From an uncultured virus (IMG/VR IMGVR_UViG_3300031627_000893) (lineage: Duplodnaviria; Heunggongvirae; Uroviricota; Caudoviricetes), in IMG/VR virus record IMGVR_UViG_3300031627_000893: a DNA stretch of 64,000 nt. One strand, written 5' to 3'. The notes below the pieces were generated by a model, which was not told the DNA's origin, searched no databases, and worked only from the letters and a program-made list of their open reading frames with translations. Made by a program: the position numbers and the translations under genes. Below are positions 49,149 through 59,385 of the stretch, one piece after another (the first letter of the stretch is position 1; each line of letters starts with the position of its first letter).

Positions 49149-50285
49149 TTAGACGACAACGCCGACAATCGCACGAGCGTCGATACAGACACGACCCTCT
49201 TCCATGTAGCCCCAGAAGCCAGTCTTCTCATGACGAGAAAGGAACTGGTCATCAGGCTGAGCGGTGAACGTGCCACCAGTCTCAGACTGTTGAGCAACCG
49301 GACGGATGAAGGCATCGCGAGAGGCATCCACACCCACAATAATCTCGTCGGTAGCAGCAAACGCTGAACCGCCAGAGGATGGGAACGTGGTAGAACCAGC
49401 GAAAGTATCAAACAAGGTGTTGTACTTCTGTCCAACTCCGAGTTCGTGAACTTCGCTAATAGCCATGCCGTAGAGCTCTTGAGCTCCAGCACCATTCCAG
49501 ATGCCATCACGGATACTATCCGATAGAGCGATACCAGTGCTATCCTTATCGGCAGTGCCGACAGCCGCACGAGTATTCATCGGTTGGTAAACGAACGCAC
49601 GGATTTGCTCCATGATTTCAGGACTTACGAATAAGTCAGTAAGACCACGGGTTTCAGCAGGAGTGCCACCAGCAAAAGACTGGTTGAGACGCTTGTGAAG
49701 GGTCATCAGTCTGTTAAGCTCGTCTAGAGTAAAGACGTTATCCGTAACGGCCTGAATACCATGATTCAGAGCACCGGAAGCGGAACTAGCTTTACCGTCC
49801 TTTGTAGACGCCTCGGCCAAAGCTTTCATCACGACAGCCCAAGCATTACGCTCTTGCTTAACAAGAACTTCTTGAGCCATACGTTCAACGGCTTTACCGA
49901 CAACGTCCAAACGACCACGACGAGCATACTTTTTGAGAAAGGAGACTGCGCTATCGAGACGATAGGTAGCAATTTTCATTTCCTTCATGCCTTCAACTTG
50001 TGAGCTCGGTAGGCCACCAGCCATACCTTGACTCCAAGTCTTAACAAGACCAGCATCTTCGTTGTAGTACAAATCAAGAGGATAGCTAGGGCTATCATCT
50101 TCGTCATAATTTACATCGCTGTAAATAGCACCAGCCGTAGCAGCTTGAGCGATCACCTTTTGGATCACAGGACCAATAAAAGCCGCGAAAGCCTGAGTGG
50201 CTTGTCTCGACGCTTCAAGGTCTTTGGAGCCCATCGCTTTGATGAGCTCAACCTGCTTGGGAGTATTCTTTAATTTCAAGTTCAT
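49149..50285 (-). CDS. Major capsid protein (HK97 fold, putative)
   Basis: 378 aa after protease and decoration genes; GGAGA RBS; strong terminator; C-terminal GFWGYMEEGRVCIDARAIVGV. Confidence 0.8.
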   Translation of the reverse strand: MNLKLKNTPKQVELIKAMGSKDLEASRQATQAFAAFIGPVIQKVIAQAATAGAIYSDVNYDEDDSPSYPLDLYYNEDAGLVKTWSQGMAGGLPSSQVEGMKEMKIATYRLDSAVSFLKKYARRGRLDVVGKAVERMAQEVLVKQERNAWAVVMKALAEASTKDGKASSASGALNHGIQAVTDNVFTLDELNRLMTLHKRLNQSFAGGTPAETRGLTDLFVSPEIMEQIRAFVYQPMNTRAAVGTADKDSTGIALSDSIRDGIWNGAGAQELYGMAISEVHELGVGQKYNTLFDTFAGSTTFPSSGGSAFAATDEIIVGVDASRDAFIRPVAQQSETGGTFTAQPDDQFLSRHEKTGFWGYMEEGRVCIDARAIVGVVV

Positions 50286-50305
50286 TTTAAAATTCTCCGA
50301 TTATA

Positions 50306-50848
50306 TTAGAGGTTGAGTTTAATGAGAACGTCTCCGTTGTCGTCTTTAGTCCCGAGGAACTTACCGACTGCAACAGTACCGTCCGATACATTAGTGAACA
50401 ATCCACTATTATGGCAGTAAGCTTTCGATCCAGGAGTGATAGTACCACCTTGCTGGTTCACACCGTTCACCAAGAAGATTCCCTTGGTTGCGATAGGAAC
50501 AGCTTGGCCACTGACCACTACGTTCATTTCGGCAGCTTTCTGCGGGTTATAGATTAGTTTCTCGCCGTTCTCGTCTGTTTCAGCAACGCCGTAAAGAAGC
50601 ATACCTACGGGAGTGTCACCAGAGGTGGCATTCTCGCAAAGAGCAGCAACGTTATAACGCTGGGAAATGACGTTCCCGGGAGCGAAGTCAGAAACTCCAT
50701 GAGCGAGACCAAGCTCGTCCGTAGATTCCCAACCAGCAGTTGACTTCACTTTGACAAGTGTTGCCTTGTCAGCGGAAGAACCATCGAATGCAAAGAGATT
50801 GATGACATCATGCTCATCATAGTCTCTAAAGGGTTTAAGATTTGGCAT
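50306..50848 (-). CDS. Capsid decoration/cement protein (putative)
   Basis: Lies between protease and MCP; small Gly/Val-rich beta protein. Confidence 0.6.
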   Translation of the reverse strand: MPNLKPFRDYDEHDVINLFAFDGSSADKATLVKVKSTAGWESTDELGLAHGVSDFAPGNVISQRYNVAALCENATSGDTPVGMLLYGVAETDENGEKLIYNPQKAAEMNVVVSGQAVPIATKGIFLVNGVNQQGGTITPGSKAYCHNSGLFTNVSDGTVAVGKFLGTKDDNGDVLIKLNL

Positions 50849-50875
50849 CTTTTTATTTCTCCAATTTAGTTTTTA

Positions 50876-52381
50876 TTATAGTTTGATATCAAAGCCATCT
50901 ACAGAGAAAGCGTCTTGATATTTGTCCATTAGCGAAGCTTCTTCCGAAACAGAGTTCGGGACTTCAGTGTTCTCTTCGGCTACCGTAGAATCCAAAGCTT
51001 CTTCAACTTCGTTCACGGGCTCCTCAGGGGTCACCTCAGGCAATTCTTCTGAACTAGCAGTCGCCACAGATTCCTCTGCAACCTCGGCTTGTCCTTCAGA
51101 TTTTTCAGCAACAGACGCAATGATTTCCTTATCCTTCGCAATCATAAGTACTTTCATTTTTTCCACGTATGCGGCAAAATTATTGTCGTCCAAGTCTTTA
51201 ATGTCGGAAGCAAGAAGCTCACGATCACCATCGTTAAGCTCGAACTTCTCGTCTAAAAGACTCATTCTTTCGGTAAATCTTTCTTCGGCGGCTTTCGCTT
51301 CTTTTTCGGCAACGATAGAGTCCAAATCAGACTTGATTTTATCGAAATCGGTTTTGAGCGTATTATGCTCTTTAACCAGAGTTTCGTGTTTTGCGTTAGC
51401 AGCTTCAGCAGCCTCTTCAAGAGCGGATTTTTCGTCCGCGTATTTCTCAGAGGCGTCTTTCAACTGCTCTTGAATATAATCAGTGACAGCAGCAGCTTTC
51501 AATTGCTGCATACTCTCATCAGTTATGTCGTTGAGGCTTTCTATTTTCATGATTGTTTCCCTATACAGGTTATTTTCTATTACATTGATACTATTAGATT
51601 GTGAAATTTTTTCGGTTTTTTCTTCTTTAGAGTCAGGCTGGACCTCAATCTTAACAGCCACTCCTATAACTTCAGCCGCAGGAGATTCAGTCAGTCCAAT
51701 GCCTAAGGGCAGTACTTTCCCTGTGACTTTCCTATGAACTTCTGTCGTCTTATTTATGACTCCTGATCCGCCAAGAGCTTTGAGATGCTCTCTAATAGAG
51801 TCCATTTCATTTTGATCGGTGACTACAGTCGCGTCTTCTAAATTCTTGTTTCCTATAGCTGACGTGACCAATTCGTACTGATTAAATCCTAGCTCCCAAC
51901 TAGCACTAATAGACTGATAATGCTCACTAGAAGGGTCACTGGCGTCTTCGATCATGTTCGTTAGCGTGTTATTAACGATCTTCCAAACCACTCCGCCGAG
52001 AGTTATATTAAATGGGAATCGTCCGCCTTTTACTTCCTCTTCGGTTAAAGGCTTGTCTGTTCCGAATTCGCTGTAGCCAACCGACAGGATAGTACCCACA
52101 ACTCTATCCCTTTGGTGCTCTAGGTTTATTGGCTTGTTAATAAAATTGTTAGCCATGGAGATAGCTGTATTAGCGTCAACTGCGTCTCCGTTTTTATTAA
52201 TCCTATTTACAACACATGCGTTAAAGGCTATTGGGAGCAGATCAACGTTAGCTTCTGTATCTATGTCCGGCACAAAACTTCCGATATCGACTAAACTAGC
52301 TAAAGCTAAGTACTTATCTTTGTCTTCAGCCACAAGAGCTTTAACGTTTGAACTAAAAGAAGTAATAAATTCGAATTTCAT
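50876..52381 (-). CDS. Prohead maturation protease with C-terminal scaffold-like coiled coil
   Basis: NKNGDA...FINKPINLEH...VVGTI...SASWE protease-like motifs; acidic coiled-coil C-terminal half. Confidence 0.7.
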   Translation of the reverse strand: MKFEFITSFSSNVKALVAEDKDKYLALASLVDIGSFVPDIDTEANVDLLPIAFNACVVNRINKNGDAVDANTAISMANNFINKPINLEHQRDRVVGTILSVGYSEFGTDKPLTEEEVKGGRFPFNITLGGVVWKIVNNTLTNMIEDASDPSSEHYQSISASWELGFNQYELVTSAIGNKNLEDATVVTDQNEMDSIREHLKALGGSGVINKTTEVHRKVTGKVLPLGIGLTESPAAEVIGVAVKIEVQPDSKEEKTEKISQSNSINVIENNLYRETIMKIESLNDITDESMQQLKAAAVTDYIQEQLKDASEKYADEKSALEEAAEAANAKHETLVKEHNTLKTDFDKIKSDLDSIVAEKEAKAAEERFTERMSLLDEKFELNDGDRELLASDIKDLDDNNFAAYVEKMKVLMIAKDKEIIASVAEKSEGQAEVAEESVATASSEELPEVTPEEPVNEVEEALDSTVAEENTEVPNSVSEEASLMDKYQDAFSVDGFDIKL

Positions 52382-52671
52382 TATTTGCTCACAGTCGTGT
52401 TCATTGTTAGGTAGGTTGCTGAAACATTTCCAGCGGTACTATAAATAGCAGTGTTTTCCTCTATGGCTATAGGCGCGTTAAGGGCTATAGCTCCTGCGGG
52501 GATGTGAATGATTACGGCTCCTGCCGAGTTGGTTTTCTTGAGGGTCGTGGCTGCTGAAGCCATCAAGTCCACAAGAACGTATGACTTACCCGCACCCGGT
52601 GCGCTTAACAATTCTCCAGCACCCGCTACGTTAGCTACTGGCAATACTCTTCCTCTATAATTAGTGCTCAT
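52381..52671 (-). CDS. Small hypothetical (virion?) protein
   Basis: 96 aa, start/stop overlaps with both neighbours. Confidence 0.6.
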   Translation of the reverse strand: MSTNYRGRVLPVANVAGAGELLSAPGAGKSYVLVDLMASAATTLKKTNSAGAVIIHIPAGAIALNAPIAIEENTAIYSTAGNVSATYLTMNTTVSK

Positions 52672-53267
52672 TTTAAGTAGATCCTGTGATCCTCCTGATC
52701 ATCCACTATGTAGAGATCAGAAAGAGAATTAAACTCGTACTCTAGATTTAAGTCTTCGATTTGATTTTTTGCTATTCTGAAATCAACGTCTTCAGGCTGA
52801 TCCCCACTAGCCCCTTCGGATTTGTTCCTTAGGTAGTGATTTACACAGGCAAAGCACAGAACTGTCTTTTTTTTGCCTATAATTTTATGTTCTTCACAAT
52901 ATAACGCTGCTTGTACGAAACATTCTTTTATTTTGTTTGAGAAAACTTTTTTACCAGAGTTCTCATAATTGAACTTTTTCATCAATTTCTGAAAGGCAAC
53001 TATAAGCTTTTTCGAGAATTCGATGCACTCTTCGTCTGATTTTAATACAGGGAAAGAAGATTCTATAGCCGTCTTCTCTTCTGCCGCTTCAACCGCTTTT
53101 TCTTCTGGCTTGGGTTCAACGATCTCCGCTTTCTCCTCGACTTGTTCTGAGCACTCTTTTTCTTTAAGCTTTTTATATAGGTCGAGATACTTTTCTTTTT
53201 GAGAGAAAGATATGGACGATCCTTTATAGATCTTCAATAAGTCTGATGTGTTCGTCTTTTTCGCCAT
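52668..53267 (-). CDS. Hypothetical protein
   Basis: 199-aa ORF preceded by a GTGTAA motif. Confidence 0.65.
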   Translation of the reverse strand: MAKKTNTSDLLKIYKGSSISFSQKEKYLDLYKKLKEKECSEQVEEKAEIVEPKPEEKAVEAAEEKTAIESSFPVLKSDEECIEFSKKLIVAFQKLMKKFNYENSGKKVFSNKIKECFVQAALYCEEHKIIGKKKTVLCFACVNHYLRNKSEGASGDQPEDVDFRIAKNQIEDLNLEYEFNSLSDLYIVDDQEDHRIYLK

Positions 53268-53323
53268 GTTCCCGACAAAGTTTACACTTCAATTAAGCAA
53301 AACCCTTTAACTTTTTTGGAGTC

Positions 53324-53641
53324 TTATGTTTTTTTTTGTTTTTTAGAAGAAGCTCTTTTAGGGGCTGCTTTTTTTGAAGCTGTTTTTTTTTCGACCGTTT
53401 TTTTCGGCGCAGCTTTCTTGGAGGAGGACTTCTTCGTGGGTTTCCTGACTGGTTTACGAGTGGACGCCTTTTTACCTACCTTTGCACGAAGCGTATCTTC
53501 ACGATATTGATGATCGATTTCTGGTCTGTCTTCATTGCCTTTTATAAAGTCTTTGAGTATTTGGCAGATCATCCAAGCAATGAGCGTTACTAGGATCACA
53601 CCTAAGTAATACATTACTAATTGAAACCAATCTAAGCTCAT
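53324..53641 (-). CDS. Membrane protein with Lys/Ala-rich histone-H1-like tail
   Basis: N-terminal TM helix; KKAAPKK repeats. Confidence 0.6.
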   Translation of the reverse strand: MSLDWFQLVMYYLGVILVTLIAWMICQILKDFIKGNEDRPEIDHQYREDTLRAKVGKKASTRKPVRKPTKKSSSKKAAPKKTVEKKTASKKAAPKRASSKKQKKT

Positions 53642-53654
53642 CCCTCATCTCTCT

Positions 53655-53873
53655 TTAGTCTTGAGGAAGTCCACCCGCATACCATCCCTCTGGAAGTTTG
53701 ACTTTATTCTTCGAGAGAATCCATTCCCCATCTTTGAGGACGTATACTTTTCCAGAGGGAAAATCAGGGCCTATCCTAATTAATTGAGATTGCGTATCCA
53801 CGAAAACTACGCGGGTTGACCCACAGCCTACGAGTAGTAAACTAACCAGAGTTAGAATTGCTATCTTCTTCAT
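53655..53873 (-). CDS. Lipoprotein, putative o-spanin (Rz1-like)
   Basis: MKK + hydrophobic stretch + LVGC lipobox; overlaps the 3' end of the upstream gene. Confidence 0.6.
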   Translation of the reverse strand: MKKIAILTLVSLLLVGCGSTRVVFVDTQSQLIRIGPDFPSGKVYVLKDGEWILSKNKVKLPEGWYAGGLPQD

Positions 53874-54138
53874 TTTTTCGCTTTCTTACTTCTGCTTTTA
53901 GCCGCTGTTCCCAGAAATTTAGAGGTTCTTTCTTTTCAGTTGCGTCCTTTTCTAAGACCAACTTCTTCGGAGCGGCCTTCTCGCTTTTCGATTCAGCCTC
54001 TTGCTCTTCTATTCGTCTACGCCATTTGTCTTTGAGGCTTTGCGGAGTAGCATCAGCGTCACTCGCCTTAGTGTCCTTCTTCACTTCTGAAGAAAGCCAT
54101 TCTAAGAGAGCTTTAAATAACGCTGACAACCACGCCAT
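53842..54138 (-). CDS. Putative i-spanin-like lysis accessory protein
   Basis: Amphipathic N-terminal helix and charged C-terminus; lies between holin and lipoprotein. Confidence 0.4.
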   Translation of the reverse strand: MAWLSALFKALLEWLSSEVKKDTKASDADATPQSLKDKWRRRIEEQEAESKSEKAAPKKLVLEKDATEKKEPLNFWEQRLKAEVRKRKNEEDSNSNSG

Positions 54139-54142
54139 AGTA

Positions 54143-54358
54143 TTAACCTTGTTTTTTGGCCATACCTCTGGAAATGGTATACCCTAAAGCTGCGGCTGCT
54201 GAACAGACGAATCCGAATACTTTATCCGCGCCTGTTGCCCCCTCCGGGTCCACGAGACCTGCTCCCCATGCGAGTGACGCTAAAGTCACGCAAACTGTGA
54301 CCCAAAATTCGGTGCTCTTATAACCTGGTTTTGCTTCTTCTTTTTTACTAGTAGCCAT
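54143..54358 (-). CDS. Putative holin
   Basis: 71 aa, two hydrophobic helices, PGYKSTEFW...GYTISRG, basic C-terminus. Confidence 0.6.
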   Translation of the reverse strand: MATSKKEEAKPGYKSTEFWVTVCVTLASLAWGAGLVDPEGATGADKVFGFVCSAAAALGYTISRGMAKKQG

Positions 54359-54482
54359 AATGTTTTATTGTATTTATTGTTTAACTAGAGAAATAAGACA
54401 AATCAGGTCCAGTTTCTCGTTTCGGACTTTTTGAGTCCAAAAGTATTATTCGCTAATGTCTAAATAAATCTAAATTTTTATA

Positions 54483-55622
54483 CTATGTGTTTACGAACCC
54501 ACTCAAAAATAAACCTTTGCTTAAATCTAGCGGATCTAAATCCACAGTAAATCCGAGAGCTACCGTCTTGTTACTCCCAACAGAGCTATCATAAGAAGCC
54601 CGATCTAGCCTCGCGTTTTTCAGCACGTATTTATTGGAGATGCTTCTTTCGTTTAGCCCACCGGACACGCAATTTAAAAAAGAATACATATTCAACTCTA
54701 CGTCATATCTTTCGTCATCATTAAGTAATGCGAAGACGCTGCCTGTCGCCGCATTCGCTACAAGACCGTTGACACCTAAAGTTGCTATAACTGGGCTAAC
54801 GATCTCGTAATCTATTGGTATCTTATACCCTATAGACTCTATTCCTCTTCTCTGCAAATCTAACTCCAAATTAAAATTTTGAATTTTTACATCATTAAAC
54901 GAAATTCCAATATCATCTATATTGCTATCGTCTAATTTGGTTATAGATAGCTCGATGTCCCTAGGGCTTAAAATCGAAACCCCTGTGGCTTCGTAAGTTG
55001 GGAGCACGACTCTTTGCGTTGGTAAATCTCTAGTCTTCTTAAAGTTTATTATTGGCATGTTAATAGTGCCAGTCGAATTAAAATACTGAACATCACAGGC
55101 TTGAAACGAAAATGAATTCGTAATTAGGCTGTTAACCCCGCCTTGAGAAGCCCATTTGTTAATATAGCATTTACTGAAACCCGCCACGGAAGTGAGACCG
55201 TTGACGTTGTCTGCTACATCTACTCCTTCTTCCGAAAGAGAAACATAAAAGTTCTTCCTATCTAGATTCCTGTTCTCGTTAGATGAAAATCCCTCTATCA
55301 AAGAAGTGCCGAAAGTATTGGATAACGAGTCTGCTACGTTTGTAGAATTATGATTTAAGTTGAGCCCAATCGCTTTCTCGTTCCTAAAGCTTCCGCACAA
55401 GTACGAGATCTCTCCCTCAACAGTCGGACTTTGTATTATGGGTCCTCCTATCAAACCAGCCTTTCCGGCCTGAGATACGTCCGCTCTTGAAATCTCTATT
55501 GAGTAAGACAGCGACTGAACCCTCTCTAAGGGCTCTACTGAATCGGTAAGAAGAGCCCCACTGATTATTGGAGGACCAACATAAGCAGCTTCCGACTGGT
55601 ATGTTACTCTATTTCTTGACAT
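54483..55622 (-). CDS. Tail tube protein paralogue
   Basis: SRNRVTYQSEAAYVGP vs GRNRVIYQSEALFVGP, and YDSSVGSNKTV vs FSSDIGSNKSV, in 38675..39928. Confidence 0.75.
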   Translation of the reverse strand: MSRNRVTYQSEAAYVGPPIISGALLTDSVEPLERVQSLSYSIEISRADVSQAGKAGLIGGPIIQSPTVEGEISYLCGSFRNEKAIGLNLNHNSTNVADSLSNTFGTSLIEGFSSNENRNLDRKNFYVSLSEEGVDVADNVNGLTSVAGFSKCYINKWASQGGVNSLITNSFSFQACDVQYFNSTGTINMPIINFKKTRDLPTQRVVLPTYEATGVSILSPRDIELSITKLDDSNIDDIGISFNDVKIQNFNLELDLQRRGIESIGYKIPIDYEIVSPVIATLGVNGLVANAATGSVFALLNDDERYDVELNMYSFLNCVSGGLNERSISNKYVLKNARLDRASYDSSVGSNKTVALGFTVDLDPLDLSKGLFLSGFVNT

Positions 55623-57546
55623 CGCCGCTCACTTTACTTGCGAATACAATTGCAGCTAGGTAGTCATTTAATCCGTGCTCTAGAGCTACCTCTGAAATAT
55701 CGTCAACCCTGCTTTGATTTTTGTCACAAGGCTTCTTCACGTAATCCTTAGCTTTGGCAATCCAGTTTTCAGTATCTTCGTTGCACATAACTAAGGTTGA
55801 TATGAAGCCAGAAACTTCCTTCTGACTATCGCTAAGCTCTTTAATTTTGTGGTTTCGTTTCAGCAAACCATCGACTTTCGATTCGAGCTTTTGGGCTAGG
55901 ATCATATTCTCTTTGATTTTAGAAACGCTAAAGTGATAATCAGCAGCGGCTTCTTTTTGAACTGTTTTTTGATTAGGATTGTCTCCCTTGCCTATGGGGG
56001 AAACTTCCTTTGTCGATTGGGGGGCTCCTTCTGTTCCTTCTGGTCTGCCTGTGACACCTCCGCCGCCGTTCAAAGGCTGGTAAAGACCTTCTTCTCTTAA
56101 CTTTTTAAACTTCCTTTGGGAATCTTCGGACTCCTTGGCGTCAGGCAACCTTCCGCTCTGTATCGCCTCGAACCCTTGCTCTGGAGTAAGCACTCCAATT
56201 TCAACTAGTCTACTGAAAATTCTAGAGGTCACCGCGCCTTCGCCTAAATGTATCGAATCAAATATAGGGGTAGGATAACTTCTGAAGCCCAATTCTTTGC
56301 ATAGCCTTTTGATTTCTGGGAGTAAAAAACCGCTCAAGAACTCTTGTTGAGCTCTCTCTAGCCTTTTTAGAAAGACCTCCATCTTTGTCATTTGATTTGA
56401 GTACTTCTCGGAACCAAACAGTATATTGTTTAGGCCGATTAAAATATCCTTATCTACGATCTCGTACTTTTTGGGGTCGAGTAAGTCAGCGATTTTCGGA
56501 ATAATAAACTCCGCTTTCGTTGTGTAGTCGGCTATCAAAACTCTTCCAACAGATTCGTTCCTAAATAGCTCCTGCATGTTAATTAAATTTTGCTGATTGA
56601 CGCCTCCCTTATCTGGCTCGTCTCCCATCGTAATAAGAAGGACTGCTTGGCTCACAGTGCGAGTTATAGCCATGTCCATTTTCTTCATTTCTTTCTTCCA
56701 GTTTAAATCTTCTAAAACCGGAAAACCCATAGGAATCGCAAAGGGCTCGTAGTCCTGCTTCTTATAAAAAATTGTATAAAGTCTATCTAGGTCAATTGGA
56801 ATAGCCACACTGATGTCGCTCGTTCCCATGTTTTTGCTGTTAACTCTTTCTTTAGTCAGCGGGTCTAGAGCTTCGTACATCTGCCTGTCTTCGTCGGTCT
56901 TAGGATGTCTTAGTCTTTCGACCTCAAAAGCAGTAAGGATTTTTTTGTAGTTTGGGGTAGTGTAAGTAAGCGTACCGTTAATTTGTATTTCTGACGGATT
57001 CAACATTACGTAACGAACTGGAATTTTGAATTTGTCATTAACAGCAGCCAAAGAGGAAAGCTTTCGCGCTTCTTCCCCCTCGATCACACCATCGAATCTA
57101 TAAACGAATACGTTTCCTGATCTAAAATACTCTCTATAAAACTTATCCTGTATAGCGTCTACGTCTATCTTCCGAAGAAAAGCTTCAATGAAATCTCTAG
57201 ATTTTTTGTTGCCGCCGCGAAGAAATAAATTCCCGATTGAGAACTCCGTCATCAAATCTATCGTGTTCCTGAAAACGGCGAAATTATAGTAAGCTTTCTG
57301 GCATAAGATAACTGCGTCTTTAATATCTAAGCTCGAACGGTTCTGGTAATTCTGATTCCGAAATGGGATTATGCCGTCATCAATGTTCTTGTATACATTA
57401 GTTCGCTCGATATAGGCGGACCTGTTCGCTCTTTGCCTAGTAGAAGTCGAATGGGAAGCTTTTGCCTCGTGCCCTACCATTAAAGGTTTGGTTTCAGGAT
57501 TCTTCTTCCTTCTCGGCTTTTTTTGCGGTTTTTCGTCTTCTTTCAT
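55609..57546 (-). CDS. Portal protein
   Basis: Follows terminase; size; FRSGNVFVY and KQDYEPFAIP motifs. Confidence 0.8.
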   Translation of the reverse strand: MKEDEKPQKKPRRKKNPETKPLMVGHEAKASHSTSTRQRANRSAYIERTNVYKNIDDGIIPFRNQNYQNRSSLDIKDAVILCQKAYYNFAVFRNTIDLMTEFSIGNLFLRGGNKKSRDFIEAFLRKIDVDAIQDKFYREYFRSGNVFVYRFDGVIEGEEARKLSSLAAVNDKFKIPVRYVMLNPSEIQINGTLTYTTPNYKKILTAFEVERLRHPKTDEDRQMYEALDPLTKERVNSKNMGTSDISVAIPIDLDRLYTIFYKKQDYEPFAIPMGFPVLEDLNWKKEMKKMDMAITRTVSQAVLLITMGDEPDKGGVNQQNLINMQELFRNESVGRVLIADYTTKAEFIIPKIADLLDPKKYEIVDKDILIGLNNILFGSEKYSNQMTKMEVFLKRLERAQQEFLSGFLLPEIKRLCKELGFRSYPTPIFDSIHLGEGAVTSRIFSRLVEIGVLTPEQGFEAIQSGRLPDAKESEDSQRKFKKLREEGLYQPLNGGGGVTGRPEGTEGAPQSTKEVSPIGKGDNPNQKTVQKEAAADYHFSVSKIKENMILAQKLESKVDGLLKRNHKIKELSDSQKEVSGFISTLVMCNEDTENWIAKAKDYVKKPCDKNQSRVDDISEVALEHGLNDYLAAIVFASKVSGDVKK

Positions 57547-57561
57547 CTTTTTTTATTACAC

Positions 57562-59385
57562 TTAAATCATTATAGGACGGAAAGTATTTGTTTTCACCTC
57601 TAAATTCATCGACGTAATGTCAAAATATACCTTCGCTGCCCAGTTCGCCATGAGTAATGTCGTATAGTTATCTCTCCTCGCTCTGTTCGGTGAAGTATTT
57701 CGCTTTAAGTGCTGTGGCAAATCAAAGGTTTGGTTTCCCTTAGCAGTGCTTTTCACTTCTATCAAAGCGCATTGCTTCTTCACTTGGTATATAAGATCAT
57801 CCTGAGTTTCAATCAACTCTAAAATATTATCCTCACCGACTAGGTCCATATTTATCCTAAGTTTGCTTTGCGAGTCAAAAGCCTTATTGTCAGCCGTTGA
57901 TTTCGACGCAAACCAAATTCTCTTGTGATCTATAGCCGCCTGTAAAAGCTCATTAGACTTCCTTAGCCAACTACTATTAAACACTTGCTTGTAACAAATC
58001 GTGTGGTTTTCTTTATTAAATACAGCTTTCGCTTTTTTAATTTCTTTTATGTAATCCAATCCTTCTTTATCCGTATTGATATCGAAGAAGTTTAATACGT
58101 TGTCTCTAAAAAGTTCCGACTCATTACACCCATCTATGAATTGAAAACCAGCGTTATCTATGCATATCATTTCTATGTTAAAGTTTTCGACTACATAGCT
58201 AAAGTATTTTATGTGATCTTTTAGATCTCCTCCTGCTACAGCGTAATTGTGTACTACTGTAGTCTGTTTAGACTCCATATCTAACTCAAGAATGCACATA
58301 GCAAAGTAGTCAGAGCTTGGGCTGTTTGAAAAAGAAGGATCAATGGCGACTAAATATTTCTGATTAGATTTGCCTCTTATTAGGGTATGAGGACTTTCTC
58401 CGTCAGGGATAGTACATTCGTGCATCTTTCTCCCACTGAAGTAAGAATCACTCCCATCCGTGAATTGAGCGCAATACTCTCTTTGAAAAGACGAGTGGCT
58501 TTGTCCGCCGTTTTGAGCTTCTTCGATTATTGTAGAATCGATCATATGATCTGGAAGAGATTCCCAGCCTAGTTGAGATATAAAATATGTCGCATCTCTG
58601 ATCACGGAATCATCATATATATTCTGCATCCATTCTTTGTAAGTTTTATACAAATTCTCAAAAGTATAAGAAGCTGATGAAAGAGCTATCATCTTTGAGT
58701 TGTTCTGGAACTTCATCCTGTCTTCTTCTTTCATTAGCCCTTTCTCTATAAGGCCGTTCTCCATTTCCCTGATTTCGATACGCTCCTTCATGTCTTGAGG
58801 GGCAACCAAAAACGGCATGAGCACGGTTTTGATTGTATCCTCAGGAAGCAACAGAAACTCGTCGAGGACTAAAACGTTAGCTCTAAATCCGCGAATCTTT
58901 TCTCCACTCAAAGGGATCGCTGTTATGGAGCCTCCGTTTATTTGCCACTCAAAGGCGTCGTTCCGTTTTGCCTTCGCTCCGAATGCTTGTTGGAGTAAAG
59001 AAGCTCCCTTTGTGTCCACTAACTTTTCTAGATTGTTGAAGATAAATCTCGCGGTACGGAAAGTGGGACCCGCAATAAGAATCTTTGTCTTCGGCTCAAA
59101 GATACATTGCAAGAAGCAAAAGACCGAGGCTATAAACGTCTTACCGCAACCGCGCCCCCAGACGCACATAGAGAAGTTCCGGTTCATCATTCCCTTTAAG
59201 GTGATCTCCTGAAACTCAGCTAATTTAATTCCAGATATTAACTCGGTAGTAAAGCCGAGATTACCTCGCAGAAATTTAGCCAAAGACACCTTCGCGGCTG
59301 TGTCATCTAACTCCCCCTTTAGGCTGAGTATTTCTTTGTTAACGTCCGGTAATGGGCGATTATATTTTTCTGGGCAATACCACAT
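57562..59385 (-). CDS. terL: Terminase large subunit
   Basis: Walker A GRGCGKT, Walker B LVLDE, FQREYCAQF, RNase H-like AIDPS...D. Confidence 0.92.
   Translation of the reverse strand: MWYCPEKYNRPLPDVNKEILSLKGELDDTAAKVSLAKFLRGNLGFTTELISGIKLAEFQEITLKGMMNRNFSMCVWGRGCGKTFIASVFCFLQCIFEPKTKILIAGPTFRTARFIFNNLEKLVDTKGASLLQQAFGAKAKRNDAFEWQINGGSITAIPLSGEKIRGFRANVLVLDEFLLLPEDTIKTVLMPFLVAPQDMKERIEIREMENGLIEKGLMKEEDRMKFQNNSKMIALSSASYTFENLYKTYKEWMQNIYDDSVIRDATYFISQLGWESLPDHMIDSTIIEEAQNGGQSHSSFQREYCAQFTDGSDSYFSGRKMHECTIPDGESPHTLIRGKSNQKYLVAIDPSFSNSPSSDYFAMCILELDMESKQTTVVHNYAVAGGDLKDHIKYFSYVVENFNIEMICIDNAGFQFIDGCNESELFRDNVLNFFDINTDKEGLDYIKEIKKAKAVFNKENHTICYKQVFNSSWLRKSNELLQAAIDHKRIWFASKSTADNKAFDSQSKLRINMDLVGEDNILELIETQDDLIYQVKKQCALIEVKSTAKGNQTFDLPQHLKRNTSPNRARRDNYTTLLMANWAAKVYFDITSMNLEVKTNTFRPIMI

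Noticed and set aside
49070..49570. 166-aa alternative-frame ORF overlapping the capsid gene
   Set aside because: It crosses a strong terminator and has no RBS or recognisable motifs.
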